From the human T2T-CHM13v2.0 reference genome, Homo sapiens: a DNA stretch of 64,000 nucleotides. The position numbers and the translations under genes were made by a program. The notes beneath the pieces are model-generated. The model saw only the letters and a program-made list of their open reading frames with translations. It was not told the origin of the DNA and searched no databases. The stretch lies in assembly GCF_009914755.1 (NCBI RefSeq), contig NC_060930.1. One strand, written 5' to 3'. Below are positions 26,398-41,204 of the stretch, piece after piece; the stretch's first letter is position 1, and every line of letters begins with the position of its first letter.

Positions 26398-28721
26398 AAG
26401 AATTTGGGCCAGTAGTGGGCGTGGGATGGCACACAATTCAGTCCACAGCAAGAACTACACAAATACAGATTTTTTTTTTAACTGTATAGGATCAGTTCAG
26501 AGATAGCACCCAGCTCACATTGATTTTGCACTTTTTAAACTACAGCAAAATCATGTTCTTTCAAATTTTCTACCTGAGGGGGGAATAACTTAGAATAATC
26601 AGGTAAGGCTTATGATAATTTATTATTTACAGAATGCAAAGAGTTCTGGATATGGACAAGGCAAATTTAGATAAGGAGCATTACCAAGTACATACTTCTG
26701 TCATTGAGACATGTCTTGGGTTGTGCCTGAGTGTCCTGAATTAGCCTTGTGATTCTCAGTGTGTTTAGGCTTCACTAACTTTCCCCTTTGCCTGTGGATG
26801 TTTTCAAATTATGAGGTGTCCAAGCTGAGGGAGATATTTGGGTCAAGAATATTAGATTCTCTTCTTCTATTTGCAAAGAATTGTTGTTATCTATGAAACA
26901 AGTGTTTTAGAAAACTTGGTTCATTAGCTCTGGGTACCTTCCCGCATTTTTTGATGTGTTTCTGTGGACTACACTGACCCCATACACAAACTTGATTGCA
27001 CCTAGAGATATGGTGGTAATGTCACTGGACCTGATCACAAATAAGCTTTAAAAGTTTGAGGTATGTTATTTCACTGAAGGGTAAGTACTTCCGTTGGGAA
27101 GTGATTTTGACGATAAATCTTATGTAGGATTAAAAGCCTTTTTGGCCAAGTTCCTAGACTGAGACTATTTTTTTGCTTGTTCATTCATTTTGGTTTGAGG
27201 TGTAGGTCAGTCCTGAAACCAAAATCATCAGGAGGTAACAACTGCTGTGTGTGCATGCATGTGTTAATATATTTATGCACGCGTGCGCATGTGTGCATTT
27301 TCTCACTAGTAGTGTAACCTAGTATTTATTTCCAATTCCCACGATCCACTGAAAGCAACAGTGGTTTTAGTTCCATGAAGGAACAAATTGGTTCCTGCAG
27401 GAGCAGACACTGGTTTCCTACTGGCAAAATCTGAGGGCACCACCAAGCTGATTTGGCAAAATGAACTCCGAACCAGTCTATTCGTCACAGTGAGGGGCAG
27501 TTACCAACCAGAATGGCTCACTGGTGTCTAATAAAGACAGGAAGTGGTCTTTTGGCAAGTGGTCATTCTCTCCATCTTGGAGCATATTTCCTCTTGTGAC
27601 TGGTAGGTATCAGCTATCAGGCAGCCTAATTTACCTGAAAAATGTTGTTAGGCATAGGATGAATTCAGGTTCATGGTGTAACAGTTTAAACAGAAGTAGT
27701 GCAGGTATTTCAAGAGGAAGTTTATTTTCTCCTTGAATGTGTATTTTACTCATTGGCAGGGCCACAAGGCTACTAAACATTCCTAATCCATATCACTGCT
27801 GCATTTTAGGCAAAACAAGCAAGTACACCTCATTATTTTGTACTGACTGGGTGTCTGTGAACCTCCGTAAGCAGAGCTGTGGTTCTTGTTCCCCATTTTT
27901 CCTGTACTCCTTTGGGCTGAACGATTTGTGGGCCCACAAACTACAATAAACTAGAGACATTTTGAACAAGAAATGTATTTGCCTCCTGCAAATACTACCT
28001 GATTGAGAAAGTGTGTGAGCATGTGTGTTAACATAAATATGATAAGAAGAACAAGAAGTTTAGTCTGCATGAATAAAGTGGCACTTTTTCTTGATGCCTT
28101 GATGTTTTATTTTAAAACTCACCATGTAAGGCAGGAAAATGTCTAAATTTATATTCCATAAAATCTGAGTTCAGCTACTGCGTCTACTTTAATGTGATGT
28201 CTTTAGGACATGAACCCATTATGATAATAATCTGATTGGTAAAGAGAGGTCATTAGATATCTTTCTCCAAAGAGATAGCTGCCAGAAAGAAATAGCGATT
28301 AGAGGTGTAAAAAAGATTTCTTTAATGTTTCCTGTTTTGCCATTTTATCTGTAGTAAAAAATTTATTCTTCCATGCTCAATAAATTCTGAAGAGTGCTTT
28401 GAGTTCAGGGGATAGTAGACTTCTTTACATGCACAATAACTGTTGAATACTGGTTATGAATGGGCTTCCTAACTACACTTTTGATGTATGCATATTGTTT
28501 TGATAAATGAAAATACAAATGCACTGAGGAAAAGATAGATCAGATTTTTGTTTCAGAAGGAAACTCAGTGATTCTTACCTCTTCACAAGAAAATGTATTT
28601 GATATATCTTTTGCTAGAATATTTTGTAAGCTAGAGGTTTTTTAAAATTTTCTTTCTGAAGTTTTATTAATGCTATTTTTATGGGGAAAAAATTATAACA
28701 ACCACATAGTTATAGAAATTA

Positions 28722-29030
<309 letters not shown>

Positions 29031-29119
29031 TTAAACACATTACAAGAGGGGTTGCTTCTTTTGGGGAATTATAGTGCCAGAACTGAAAAATGATTGTGCA
29101 ATCAGTACACAGCTATATC

Positions 29120-30430
29120 CCCTTGTTATAGCTGTAGCATAGCTGTAGCAGCTCTGGATCTGGGAGCCACTATATCAAGGCGGCTACTGAGAGGAGCCCA
29201 TTTCAGCTCTCTGAGCCCCAAGACTCTCCTGGGCATCATTTGAAATCTTTTTGGAGGCAGCCACACTCCCATGGCCCATGCACTCTGCAAACCAGTGAAG
29301 ATGTGAAGATGGCACCATGCAAATGCCACCAAGATTTACTGCCTGTGCTCTCTGGAGGAGTAGCCACCACTGTACCACGGCTTGCTCGAACCAAACCTAG
29401 GGCAGCCGAGGACTACTGCTGACAAGTAGGGAGCAGAGCTTTAAGGTGGCGCTGGGCAGAGAGCCCTGAGATCCCACAGGCACCCTGGTCCTCTCCTTTG
29501 AAACGGTCCTGTCCTTGAGGCCCTGGCACTCTGGACTTGTGATGGGAGTGGCAGCCCCACAGATCTTTAAAATGCCTTAAGAGTCACTCTTCTATTGTCT
29601 TGATGAATAGCATGTGGCTGGTACATACTAATCTCCTTACTCACACCTTTGGTGTGCTCTCCCGAACATGCTTTCTCATTTGTTACAATATCGGCAGGCT
29701 GAGAATTTTCTGCATCTTTAACTTCTGCTTCCCTTTTGATGATAAATTCTGTCTTTGAATCTTTTCTGTCTCCTCGCATTTCCTATAAGCAGTCAAGAGA
29801 AGCCGTGCAGCACCCACAGCACTGTGCTTAGAGGATTCTTCTCCCAAATATTCAATTTCACCATCCACGAGCACTACCGTCCACTGAACACTAGGATACC
29901 AACACAGTTCAGCCAAGCTCTTTGCCACTTTGTAACAGAGATCACCTTTCCACCAGTTTCCCATAATATGTTCCTCATTTCCATCTGAGACCTCCTCAGG
30001 ATGGCCTTTACTGTCCGAATTTCTACCAACATTCTGATCATGACCACTTAGGTAATCTCTAAGAAGATTGAAGCTTTGTCTACAACCCTCTTCTTCTGAT
30101 CCCTCAATGGAGTCATCCTTTAAGATCCATTCTTGGTGATGTAGGCATTTTCTAGCATGCACTTCAGAACTCTTCCAAGCTCTACCCATAACTCAGTTCC
30201 AAAGCCACTTCCAGGTTTTTAAGCATTCGTTATAGCCACATTCTATTTTTTGGTAGCAATTTCTGTCTTAGTTCATTTGGCCTGCCGCAACAAAATACTT
30301 TAGACTAAGTAACTTACAAATAGTAGAAATATATTGCTGATAGTTCTGGAGCTTGGAAAATCCAAGATCAAAGTGGGATTAGGTTTCAAAATATTAATTT
30401 GGGGGGTACACAAACATTCAGACAATAGCA
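29120..30430 (-). mobile_element. MaLR element (MSTD/MLT1A-type): internally deleted 5' LTR (30264-30430) plus partial internal region
   Basis: LTR TGTCTTAGTTCATTTGG...CCAAGATCAAAGTG^GGATTAGGTTTCAA...CATTCAGACAATAGCA. The internal ORF peptide EEVSDGNEEHIMGNWWKGDLCYKVAK is homologous to the MSTA-int peptide at 42294-42791. Confidence 0.85.
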
Positions 30431-30489
30431 CCTCCTTTATAAAACAGGAAGACTTATTTTCATAAAGTTGCTGCAAGAGTAAAATGAGG

Positions 30490-30635
30490 ATGTACCCCCA
30501 GCATTTAGCATGGTGCCTGACACAGCTCCATGCGGGCAAGAACCACACTCTTCTCATTCTCCTTTGCATGCTCAGTGTTTGATACTGTGTCTGGCACATA
30601 GTTGGTCCTCAATAAACACTTGTTTACTGATGAAA
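30490..30635 (+). mobile_element. L2 3'-end fragments
   Basis: CCCAGCATTTAGCATGGTGCCTGACACAG and TCTGGCACATAGTTGGTCCTCAATAAACACTTGTT. Confidence 0.6.
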
Positions 30636-30889
30636 TAATAAACACAAAATATTAGTTCTTGTTTTCTTAAATGTTTTGTAGCTGCTAAAATGTGATATAT
30701 GCCGAGTTTTATATATAACTTGTTAAATATTAACACAATAATCCCTCCATATAAATTTCCAGCAAACAAATTTACTTTTTGTATCTTCTTGATTCTAGTA
30801 TATGAAGCTGTGAATCACTCCTGTTAGACCTGTTGAGTAAAACAGGAAACTTGGGGAAATAAAAAAGGGAAGCAGTGTCAAAAGCAGAA

Positions 30890-30953
30890 TGGATTGCCTC
30901 ATAGCTATCAACTCATCCTCTCTGCGGTGGGGCTTTTTTTTTGCAGTGAAGTC
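30890..30953 (+). repeat. Copy 1 of a dispersed non-TE duplication (partner 33226-33289)
   Basis: 45/47 identity over the core, with weaker gap-free extension to 64 bp. Confidence 0.9.
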
Positions 30954-31478
30954 TTGGAGGAAATAAGGGAACATGAGGGAAGGAAGATCCTGGCCTTGGA
31001 CATCTCTTTTTATCCTCAGTCAGGAGAAAGACAGACAGAAGTGTGTGGAAGCATAAATGACTCATGTTTTGGCATAAGATTTTTATGGGCAGCCAAGTTA
31101 CTGGATATCCCCAAGACTTCAGTGGACCCTAAAAGTGCTTAGAGGAAAATGCATAAGTCAGGAAAGCACTGAACACTTGACTGAGGACAGACAAATGCAC
31201 ACCATATTGATTTCAACAAAGCTAAATACTCAGTAAGCAGCGACTCATTAAAAATTGAGTGAGGAGAGTTGCTGAACAGTTTCTAGGAAGCAAAAGATGG
31301 CCAATGAAACAAACAGCTCCACACCCAATGTTACAAAATATCATTGCCTTGGGATTTATTTAGTGTTGGTGTTTGTTTTCTATTAATGAACTTCATAGGA
31401 TTTTAAATTTTACTTTTGACTTCAGCTCCTCTACCATATATTTTTCTTAAAGTCTAGGACTTCGGATTATGGAAAGAC

Positions 31479-31481
<3 letters not shown>

Positions 31482-31516
<35 letters not shown>
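31482..31516 (+). repeat. (TG)n microsatellite
   Basis: Direct observation. Confidence 0.95.
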
Positions 31517-31519
<3 letters not shown>

Positions 31520-33108
31520 CATGTGCACACACTCATGTATCCATGTGTACATTACGTTGGCTTAAAACATGTAAAAGTGTGTACATATATGTGCTTGAGA
31601 TATAGCTCTACACTATATGTATACACACACATACTCAAACATAGGTATGTACACACAGACGACATGTACCTTGCTCTCCTTTAGATGTGGAAACCTCTAG
31701 TGTGGAGTCTGTATCATATGGTTCTCATATAGTGCAACATTTATAGCACTGGTTAAGTGCTGAGCACAACATGAGCACTTAACAGATACTAAAAATGTTT
31801 TTAAACTTTAAGAGAGGAGAAGTTTAAAAATCCAGTCCCTTTGAAAGCGTTTAAAGTAACATAAAAATTCAAAGGAATAGAGGCACCATTTGGTTAATTA
31901 AAGCATCTTCTGATAAACCTTTGATATGGCTGACTGCAACATTAAGTGGCAAAGTGGCCACTTGTCCAGGACAACCCCAAACCCTAAAATTCTTGTGGTG
32001 GAGAAAACTATTTGGAAATATTTCTCTAAATTAATTCAAAAGTGTCTGAGGTCTTCTCATTTTTATTGTTCTCCCTAAAGAATATAAAGTGGAAAGAGTA
32101 ATGAAAATAATTTATTTGAAAGACTGAGAAAATAATTCCTTAAATAGTTTACAAGTAGCCAAAGATGCATGATATTGGTAGTGCTGAAAGGAAGGGAAGA
32201 AGAGAGGGAGAGACGGAGGGAGGAAGGAAGGGTGGCAGAGAGGAAGAGAGGGAAGAGGAACAAAGAAACAAAAAGAAAAGAAAAGAAACACTGCAGCTGT
32301 GAATTGACTCCAGACCAGAGTATATTCTTTCTTCATCTGAGGTATTCTTAATACATTCCTGAAACTTCCAGAAGGATTTTCAACAGTTGAATGGGCCAAA
32401 GGAACTTGCATAGTCTCCACGTCCAAAGGCCAAACTCCGTTAAGGGAATGTAAATATATACCCTTAGGGTAGCATCCAGGGATACGGAATAAAAATGTTT
32501 GCTTATTCATGTATATATCCCCAAGACTGTAGAAAGCTCCTCTTCTTAAGAATATAACCTTTCAAGATGCAGGGACAAGAAAAAGCAGAAGAAAGAAAAA
32601 ATACTAATGTCTCAGCAGCTCGACTGTGCATCTGAGAAAGACTTGACAGGCGACTCGGCACATCACGTCAATCTCATCTTAAAACCAAAATTCTGATGTC
32701 ATATGGAGATGGCACACTGACATTCACTGAGCTCATGCTTAAGGGATTTCTCATCATGCGTGTTCAGACACTATCCCTTTTTAGAGTCTTGATCTGTGTC
32801 TCACTGGCTGAGCACTCAACAGGGAGGGAGTAGGTAGCTCATATTGCTTGCAGAATTTACATAAAGTGCTTAAACAGATATGTAAACCCTGGGTGACTTG
32901 CCAGGCATGGTAGTAAAATTTCTCAGCAGGCGTGATACCCTGTAGCGAGGACCTTCTAAATGGACTCACAGGGAGAAATGGGGCGGTTCAAAGGTAAAGA
33001 CAATAGTTTCAAGCCTACACCAAGGCGAGCTGGCACAGGGATTGCCACAGAAAGAGAGGTGGCAGTGTTTAACCACTCCAGTTCTGGAAAACTCCATCCA
33101 TCCCTCCT

Positions 33109-33132
33109 CCACCACCACCACCACCACCACCT
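33109..33132 (+). repeat. (CCA)n trinucleotide repeat
   Basis: Direct observation. Confidence 0.9.
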
Positions 33133-33225
33133 CCTCTTGCTCAACACAGTGCTTCAAAGGAGCTTGGTGAATGGGCGAGTCTTGGGCGATGGGACTGAAC
33201 ACAACCTCCTGCTCACTGGGCCACC

Positions 33226-33289
33226 TGGATTGCCTAATAGCTGTCAACTCATCCTCTCTGCGGTGGGGCTTTAGTGTTGCCCTGAAGAC
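33226..33289 (+). repeat. Copy 2 of the dispersed duplication
   Basis: TGGATTGCCTAATAGCTGTCAACTCATCCTCTCTGCGGTGGGGCTTT. Confidence 0.9.
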
Positions 33290-33854
33290 AGCACAGCACA
33301 GCGGCTGGTAAGCCAGGACCTTTGATCCTTGCAGTCTCCACTATCGGGGCTTTTTCCCCCTCTTTTTCTGTCTTTCTCCAAACTTTGAAGATAATGAGTC
33401 TTAAATATTTGCAAGTAATTAGAAGGTGTGGCTGCCAAGGAAAAGTGAGTATTTTTCTTTTAAATGGGAAGAGTAGGTACTGTGCTCATCACACATCTCT
33501 AATTATATCACATGTGCTTATTTGGTCTCTGATAAACTGATCTGGCCCTGGTAGGGAAACCACACCTAGGAAGTAATGAGCCCCTCCTGCAACAATAATA
33601 GCCATTAAGAGGCGAGAAGCAGAGTGTCACCATGAGTTAATTATTTATCATTTACTGACAACTTCATCCTTCAACTTGCTTTTCAGCTTCAATATCTGAA
33701 CAATGGAAGTAAGGGGACTGTGTATTCTCCTACAGGAACAGAGCAGATGATTTCAGAAAATACTATATGAAGTCTCCTTTTATTATGCATTTAAACAATT
33801 TTACTGAAAAACAAAGTCACCCTCTATCTCTAGGTTCATTTTTGGTACTTTTCA

Positions 33855-33856
<2 letters not shown>

Positions 33857-33887
<31 letters not shown>
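33857..33887 (+). repeat. (TG)n microsatellite
   Basis: Direct observation. Confidence 0.95.
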
Positions 33888-33888
<1 letters not shown>

Positions 33889-34667
33889 TGAAAGGACACA
33901 TACAATTTGAAATGTGAGCAATACTTTATTATCCATTGCTAATGAAGAAAAAATCAGAAAGTCTAAAGGAAGCAAATACATAACTAAATGGATCACTGGG
34001 ATAAAACCTTTACCCATATGAAACGTCCAACAGCTACCCTGAAGGGTAAAAATAAAAATGATAGCTTGGCTTATTCAGTCATTCTCCCACTTGACCGAAC
34101 AATCTCTCAGCATAGAGAAGATGCACGCAATTATCTCACCCTGTAGGATTTGGCCAAGGTCTATGTAGTAGAACTTTCTTTCCTCCCCTATTTCTATCTC
34201 AGATGTAAAAAGGACATTTCAGATCATTTACCCAATGCCTTCATTTTACAAGGAATAAACTGAGGCACAGAGAAAGGCTGTTGGAGTGGCCCACGATCAA
34301 AAAATCAGCTAACAACAGATTCAGGTCTTCTGGTCCCACATAGAGTGGCAGCTGTCCTTGCCCTTACCCAGACTTTGCCTGTTCTCCAGTCCTTTAACAG
34401 GATGCTCCTAGCCAGCTGAGAGCCTTCACAGGCCTCGCTGCCCGTAGCCCAGCACCTGAAAAGTGAGGTTGTTAAACAGAGGCACTCACAGTCTTTCCTA
34501 GTGAGTCCGCTTTTCAATTTATAAAAGATAAAACGTTTTGGTAAGTTGTCAAAGTAGCAAAATGAGCTTCTTCCTCTACTCACATGTGTTGCTATGTGAT
34601 GTTCACCTATTCTTGGGATTTTGTTTTCTTACACCTTCTAATTGTCTCATTGACTTTACCCTTTTAA

Positions 34668-34669
<2 letters not shown>

Positions 34670-34701
<32 letters not shown>
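34670..34701 (+). repeat. (TG)n microsatellite
   Basis: Direct observation. Confidence 0.95.
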
Positions 34702-34704
<3 letters not shown>

Positions 34705-35164
34705 CATATATGCATGCATGTATCTACACAAATATATTTTTTCCTGTTCAAACTACTCAACTAAGAAAGATGCATGAGAATATAAATAACACTTGTCTCA
34801 CCTTTTTGAGTATTGACTTTGGACTATTTAAGAAGGATTTTAGTTTATGAGCTGTTGCCAAAGCATTTCAGTTTTTCTCTGAAGGCACTTCTCTAAGGCA
34901 AAATAAGGCTGAATAATGGCTTTTGGGGACAAGGGAAGTGGAAACTTATTTGTTTGTGTTTTTATAGGAACACAAATTAGAATAGGTTGAGGACTCCAGT
35001 ATCCTCAATCCCAGAGGTATCCAGGGACGCTTCATTCTCAGCTCATGGCTGATTAGTACCCTCTTTTCTGAGAAACACAGGGGTTTGAGTCATTTATAGT
35101 ATTTGACTAATCTCAGAATTTAAAGGAAAACTCAAAAGACTTTGAAAGTAAAAAGGCCATATAG

Positions 35165-35472
35165 GGCTGGGTGCAATGGCTCACGTCTGTAATCCCAGTA
35201 CTTTGGGAGGCGAAAGCAGGAGACTGCTTGAGCTCAGGAGTTCAAGACCAGCCTGGGCAACATAGTGAGACCTCGTCTCTACAAAAAATAAAAAAAAATA
35301 GCAGGGCATGGTGGTGCCTACCTGCAGTCCCAGCTCCTTGCAAGACTGAGGCAGGAGGATTGCTTGACCCCAAGAGTTCAAGGTTACAGTGAGCTGTGAT
35401 CATGCCACTGCACTCTAGCCTGGGCAACAGAGCAAAACCTCGACTCAAAAAAAAAAAAAAAAAAAAGTAAAG
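35165..35472 (+). mobile_element. AluJ
   Basis: J diagnostics. TSD AAAAGG(G)CCATATAG. Confidence 0.95.
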
Positions 35473-35539
35473 AAAAGGGCCATATAGTAATATATGATAC
35501 TAGATTAAAATCACAGGTTTCCAAGATGTCACTCATGGT

Positions 35540-35720
35540 TTTAAACATTTAACACGTATTAAATCATTTAATCCTTAAGACACCCCTGTAAGGCAGATAC
35601 CATTATTATACCCACATTTCACGTGAGGAAACTGAGACACAGAAGTTAGACAACAAGGTTACACCACTGGTCAGTGCTGAGCCTAGAAGTGGAGCCTGCA
35701 CTCTGCACCCCAACACACTG
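35540..35720 (-). mobile_element. MIR SINE
   Basis: CATTTAATCCT...ATTATACCCACATTTCACGTGAGGAAACTGAGACACAGA. Confidence 0.8.
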
Positions 35721-36169
35721 CCCCCGGCCCCCGCCCAGTGAAAAGCAGGCTCCGTTCAAGAAACCAGGAAGCATCAGGTTGACATTCCAGGAATAGAAAC
35801 TTTCTGGAAGCCGCAAGGGCCTCTCCTTTAAACACTCTTACCTACTCACACCCTGATCTAAATTAGGTTTAAGAAATCCAGGTAAGATCAGAATGCCTAA
35901 AGGGATGGAGCTCTTGCCGAACAGTGTATATGAAGAGGAATATGGTCTAATCCCAATGCCAATTTGTTCCAAGCGAAAGCAGAAGTCTCGATTTCAGGGG
36001 CTTGCCTCTCTAGCTCTCCAGGATCAATGGACCCAAGGATTCGCCAATACATTGTGAAGATGAGACGAGTTGCTGTCAACTTTTAGGAGGTGACCCAGGA
36101 CACTGAAAGCCATTCTTCCAGAAGAGGCAGGAGCCTGTGATGCCCCTAAACACAGGTGCAACCATATAT

Positions 36170-36171
<2 letters not shown>

Positions 36172-36205
<34 letters not shown>
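36172..36205 (+). repeat. (CA)n microsatellite
   Basis: Direct observation. Confidence 0.95.
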
Positions 36206-36209
<4 letters not shown>

Positions 36210-36640
36210 CCCAAAGCCTACTTACTTAAGCTCATTTCAACAGAACACTGCCAGACAGACAGACACAGAAATAACTCAGTACAAGATGAGCAATAATTAT
36301 AAACGAGGTAACAGAGGAACAAGCTGCTGTGGGGATCTAGGAAGACGGTTCATGAGGAAATCATGGCCCTTCCTCCCACCCACCCCTTCCTGAGGAAGGG
36401 AGGCATTTGGTGTGTGGTATTTTTCACCAGGCACACAATGGAGTTAGGTAACTTTGGAAAGAAAGGCAATTTAAATAAGGAGAGGCCTGATGAAGTAAGT
36501 TAACGATGTACATTCTTGGGTGGTGAGAAGATAAAACATGTAACAGTAAAAAATACGAGTTCATCAAAAGGAAGAGTGTGTGTATAGTATATTTCAAGAT
36601 ATTTCCACCTCTATTGGTCTTAATTAAAAAGCATGGTTTG

Positions 36641-36953
<313 letters not shown>

Positions 36954-38185
36954 TTAGAATTTTCAAAATTTTTTGTAAAGAGTTTGTCCAATTTTCTGCC
37001 ACTCACTATCTTTATTAACTTAAAGAATGAATATACCCACCAAAATAAGAAGATGAAAGAAAAAAGAACAAATATACCCATTTTCAGATATATCTTTTAA
37101 AGGAATAATTAGAATATGAAGAATTTCTTTATTAAAGAGGGAGTTTAATAAATGTACTAACATTACCAAGAATAGTACTACTGCCAAATATAAATTAACT
37201 GGCATCATAATATGCCCTTGTACTTCTTATAATTTGTATGACATTTTAAGATTTTAAAAAAGAAACCATAATTCAGTCTTTAAAACATAAAAATCTTAAA
37301 ACTCTCCTTTCTCCTTCAGCTTCTAAACATGAAATTCATGGGTCAGAAGCCACGGTCTGAAGCTCAATGTAGATTTTTTAAATAGTATGTCAAATTTTTA
37401 AGCTATATATTTAGACACTTTATTTTATGGACCATTTTAGCTTCTATCCCATGGAAGTTCACTGTTTCAGGAACCTGTTTCTAAGAATGCAGTGGGGAAC
37501 TTGCAGTCATTACCAGAAGACTTTTGGGGGACCTTTTATAACATACATTTCTATTTGACTGTGACAGTACCATGAGGCATTTTTCAACTTGACTCTTACA
37601 GAGTTTACTCAACCTAATAAAAGAGGCCTTCTATCTCTAATCATTCGTTTTCCCTCAACCAAAGAAGATCTTTGTCCCATTAGAAAAAAACAGTATTTTT
37701 TTTAAATGCAATTCTTAGTACTTAGCTCAGTAAGGTAGGGATGACTTGATTTTCAGGTTTGGTAAGAGTGATGTATTGTTTAAGCAATTTAAGCAACAAG
37801 TTTTAATAAATAAATTTTACTGCATTTAAAATTTAAAAAGGAATTCCCAAGCTCCTTAATGAAACTTTGCCTTAAGTTTACATACATATGTAATATATGT
37901 GTAAATATAAATCTGATAGACTTAAGAAATAAAATATTCTATTAACTTTGAGGTAGGTATAAATAATAGATAATAAATAGATCTCCATTTTTCAAATAAA
38001 TGCTTTTTTCCCCATCTTGCAAAAAGAATGTATTCCATATTTATCTATGGCAGCCCTATTCAGAGAGGCAGTTTTATAATGAAACCCCAGCAGGCAACCT
38101 TTCTGAACCCAACCTTGAGTACTACTGTTGGAGTTGAAACCCTCACTGACTTAGTGGAGGCAAAGGAATAAAGAATAGGGACTGC

Positions 38186-38370
38186 TTTTTATTTCATTTA
38201 TTTTATTTTATTTTATTTTTTAAGAGACAAAGTCTTGCTCTGTCACCCAGGCTGCATAGCAGTGGCAAGATCATGGCTCCACTATAGCCTCAAACTCCTG
38301 GGCTCAAGCAATCCTCCCACCTCAGCCTCTGGAGTAGGTGGGATTACAGACACATGTCACCCTGCCCCAG
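38186..38370 (-). mobile_element. FRAM / AluJ right arm
   Basis: Single antisense arm with a (TTTTA)n tail. Confidence 0.85.
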
Positions 38371-38588
38371 CAAAGCCTGCATATGGAAGAGTGGATGGAC
38401 AATCCATTCTGCATCAAAAAGTGAGAGCTGACTTTAAATCCAATTCAATAGGTAGATAGTAGGTAAGTAGATGGAGCTTTGCATGTAGGAAATCATAGAA
38501 ATAGTTTTATAAATTATTTTGTTATCTATTTATTGCCATGAAAATAAAACCATTTACTTTCAGAACTCTACTACCAAAATGTATTTGA

Positions 38589-38949
<361 letters not shown>

Positions 38950-39648
38950 TTAAGGTTCCTTTTAATTTTACCCTTCATAGATATAAAAATCATTAAAGAG
39001 AAACCACTACTCCCTCTACTTTATGGTTGAAAACTTTAGCCCCTTCTAGAAAAATAGTCTATGTGCGCCTTCAAGTCCATACACATCTGAACAAAAGAAT
39101 CTGCCACACTGTTGGAGTCTCAGAATGCTCAAAACTAGCAATGTCACTGGGCACTCCCATGGTGCGGTACTTCAGCCAAGGCCTAAAAGCAACTATTCTC
39201 CAAACACAGTTTCAAAACCCTATAATTATAAAATTCTGTTTGTGGCCTTTCAAAGTTGCTGTTTGTAACATTTTTAAAGTCTAGAACACAAAAACCACCA
39301 TTCTAAATGATAGAAGGTTGTTTTTTTTTTTCACCTCATCAGTTATTTATGCCACTCAAACACATCATTGTGTTTACTGTTCAGCTTCTATATCATTAGG
39401 GATGAACAATAGGAAAAAAATAATTGCCGAACAGACAAAATTCTGGCAAATTGATAGGATAATGACATTATAAGTAAATAATAATTACACAATAGTATAG
39501 CTTGTGCTAATATAACTTATTGTGCCTACTGAGCCTACAATTAGCATCAATGTTTTTAATACCAGCCAAATTAATTTCATAGTTGACATTTCTAGCACAA
39601 AGTATTAGTAATTTTCAATCTTGTATTTTCTAATCCCAGAACCACCTA

Positions 39649-40011
<363 letters not shown>

Positions 40012-40362
40012 TTATAATTCTACTTTTTATAAAGTCATCCCATCATTGCCTCTGCTTAGAGGTCTAACAATTCTTTGCCCATAGGAGTCCCCTAAAATAT
40101 AACAACTAGATGATAAGTGAGTAAATAATTTGAAACACCCTGGCCAAGTGTATTAGTCCATTCTCACACTGCTATAAAGAACTACCTGAGACTGGGTAAT
40201 TTATTAAAAAAAGGTTTAATTGACTTACACTTCTGCACACTATATAGGCTTCTGCTTTTGGGGAGGCCTCAGGAAACTTACCATCATAGCAGAAGGTGAA
40301 GAGGAAGCAAGCACATCTTCACTTGGCTGGCTGGAGGGGTGGGTGAGGTAAAACACACTGTC

Positions 40363-40667
40363 TTTTTTTTTTTTTTTTTTTTGAGATGGAGTCTTGCTCT
40401 GTCGCCCAGGCTGGAGTACAGTGGCGTGATCTCAGCTCACTGCATGCTCTGCCTCCCAGGTTCTTGCCATCCATTCTCCTGTCTCAGCCTCCCAAGTAGC
40501 TGGGACTACAGGCACCCACCACCATGCCCAGCTAATTTTTTGTATTTTTAGTAGAGATGGGGTTTCACCATGTTAGCCAGGATGGTCTCAATCTCCTGAC
40601 CTTGTGATTTGCCTGCCTCTGCCTCCCAAGGTGCTGGGATTACAGGTGTGAGCCACTGTGCCTGGCC
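40363..40667 (-). mobile_element. AluY (CpG-decayed) inserted in the MSTA LTR
   Basis: TTAGCCAGGATGGTCTC and CCATTCTCCTG diagnostics. TSD TA(A/C)AACACACT. Confidence 0.9.
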
Positions 40668-40761
40668 AGTACAACACACTTTCAACCAACAGAGCTCAGG
40701 AGAGCTCTATTACAGCACAGTGAGGAGGATGGTGCTAAACCATGAGGAACCACCCCCGTGA

Positions 40762-41204
<443 letters not shown>

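Noticed and set aside
27306-27949. Three short ORFs in unique sequence
   Set aside because: No recognisable domain, no convincing splice-site pair, and lengths expected by chance.
29683-30189. 168-aa ORF homologous to the 165-aa ORF at 42294-42791
   Set aside because: Both are remnants of the MaLR internal gag-like ORF, broken by nearby stops and frameshifts. There is no sign of domestication.
30921-30942. GC-rich stretch plus T9 resembling an intrinsic or Pol III terminator
   Set aside because: No stable stem, no upstream A/B boxes and no match to tRNA, Y, vault, U6 or 7SK RNA that I can see.
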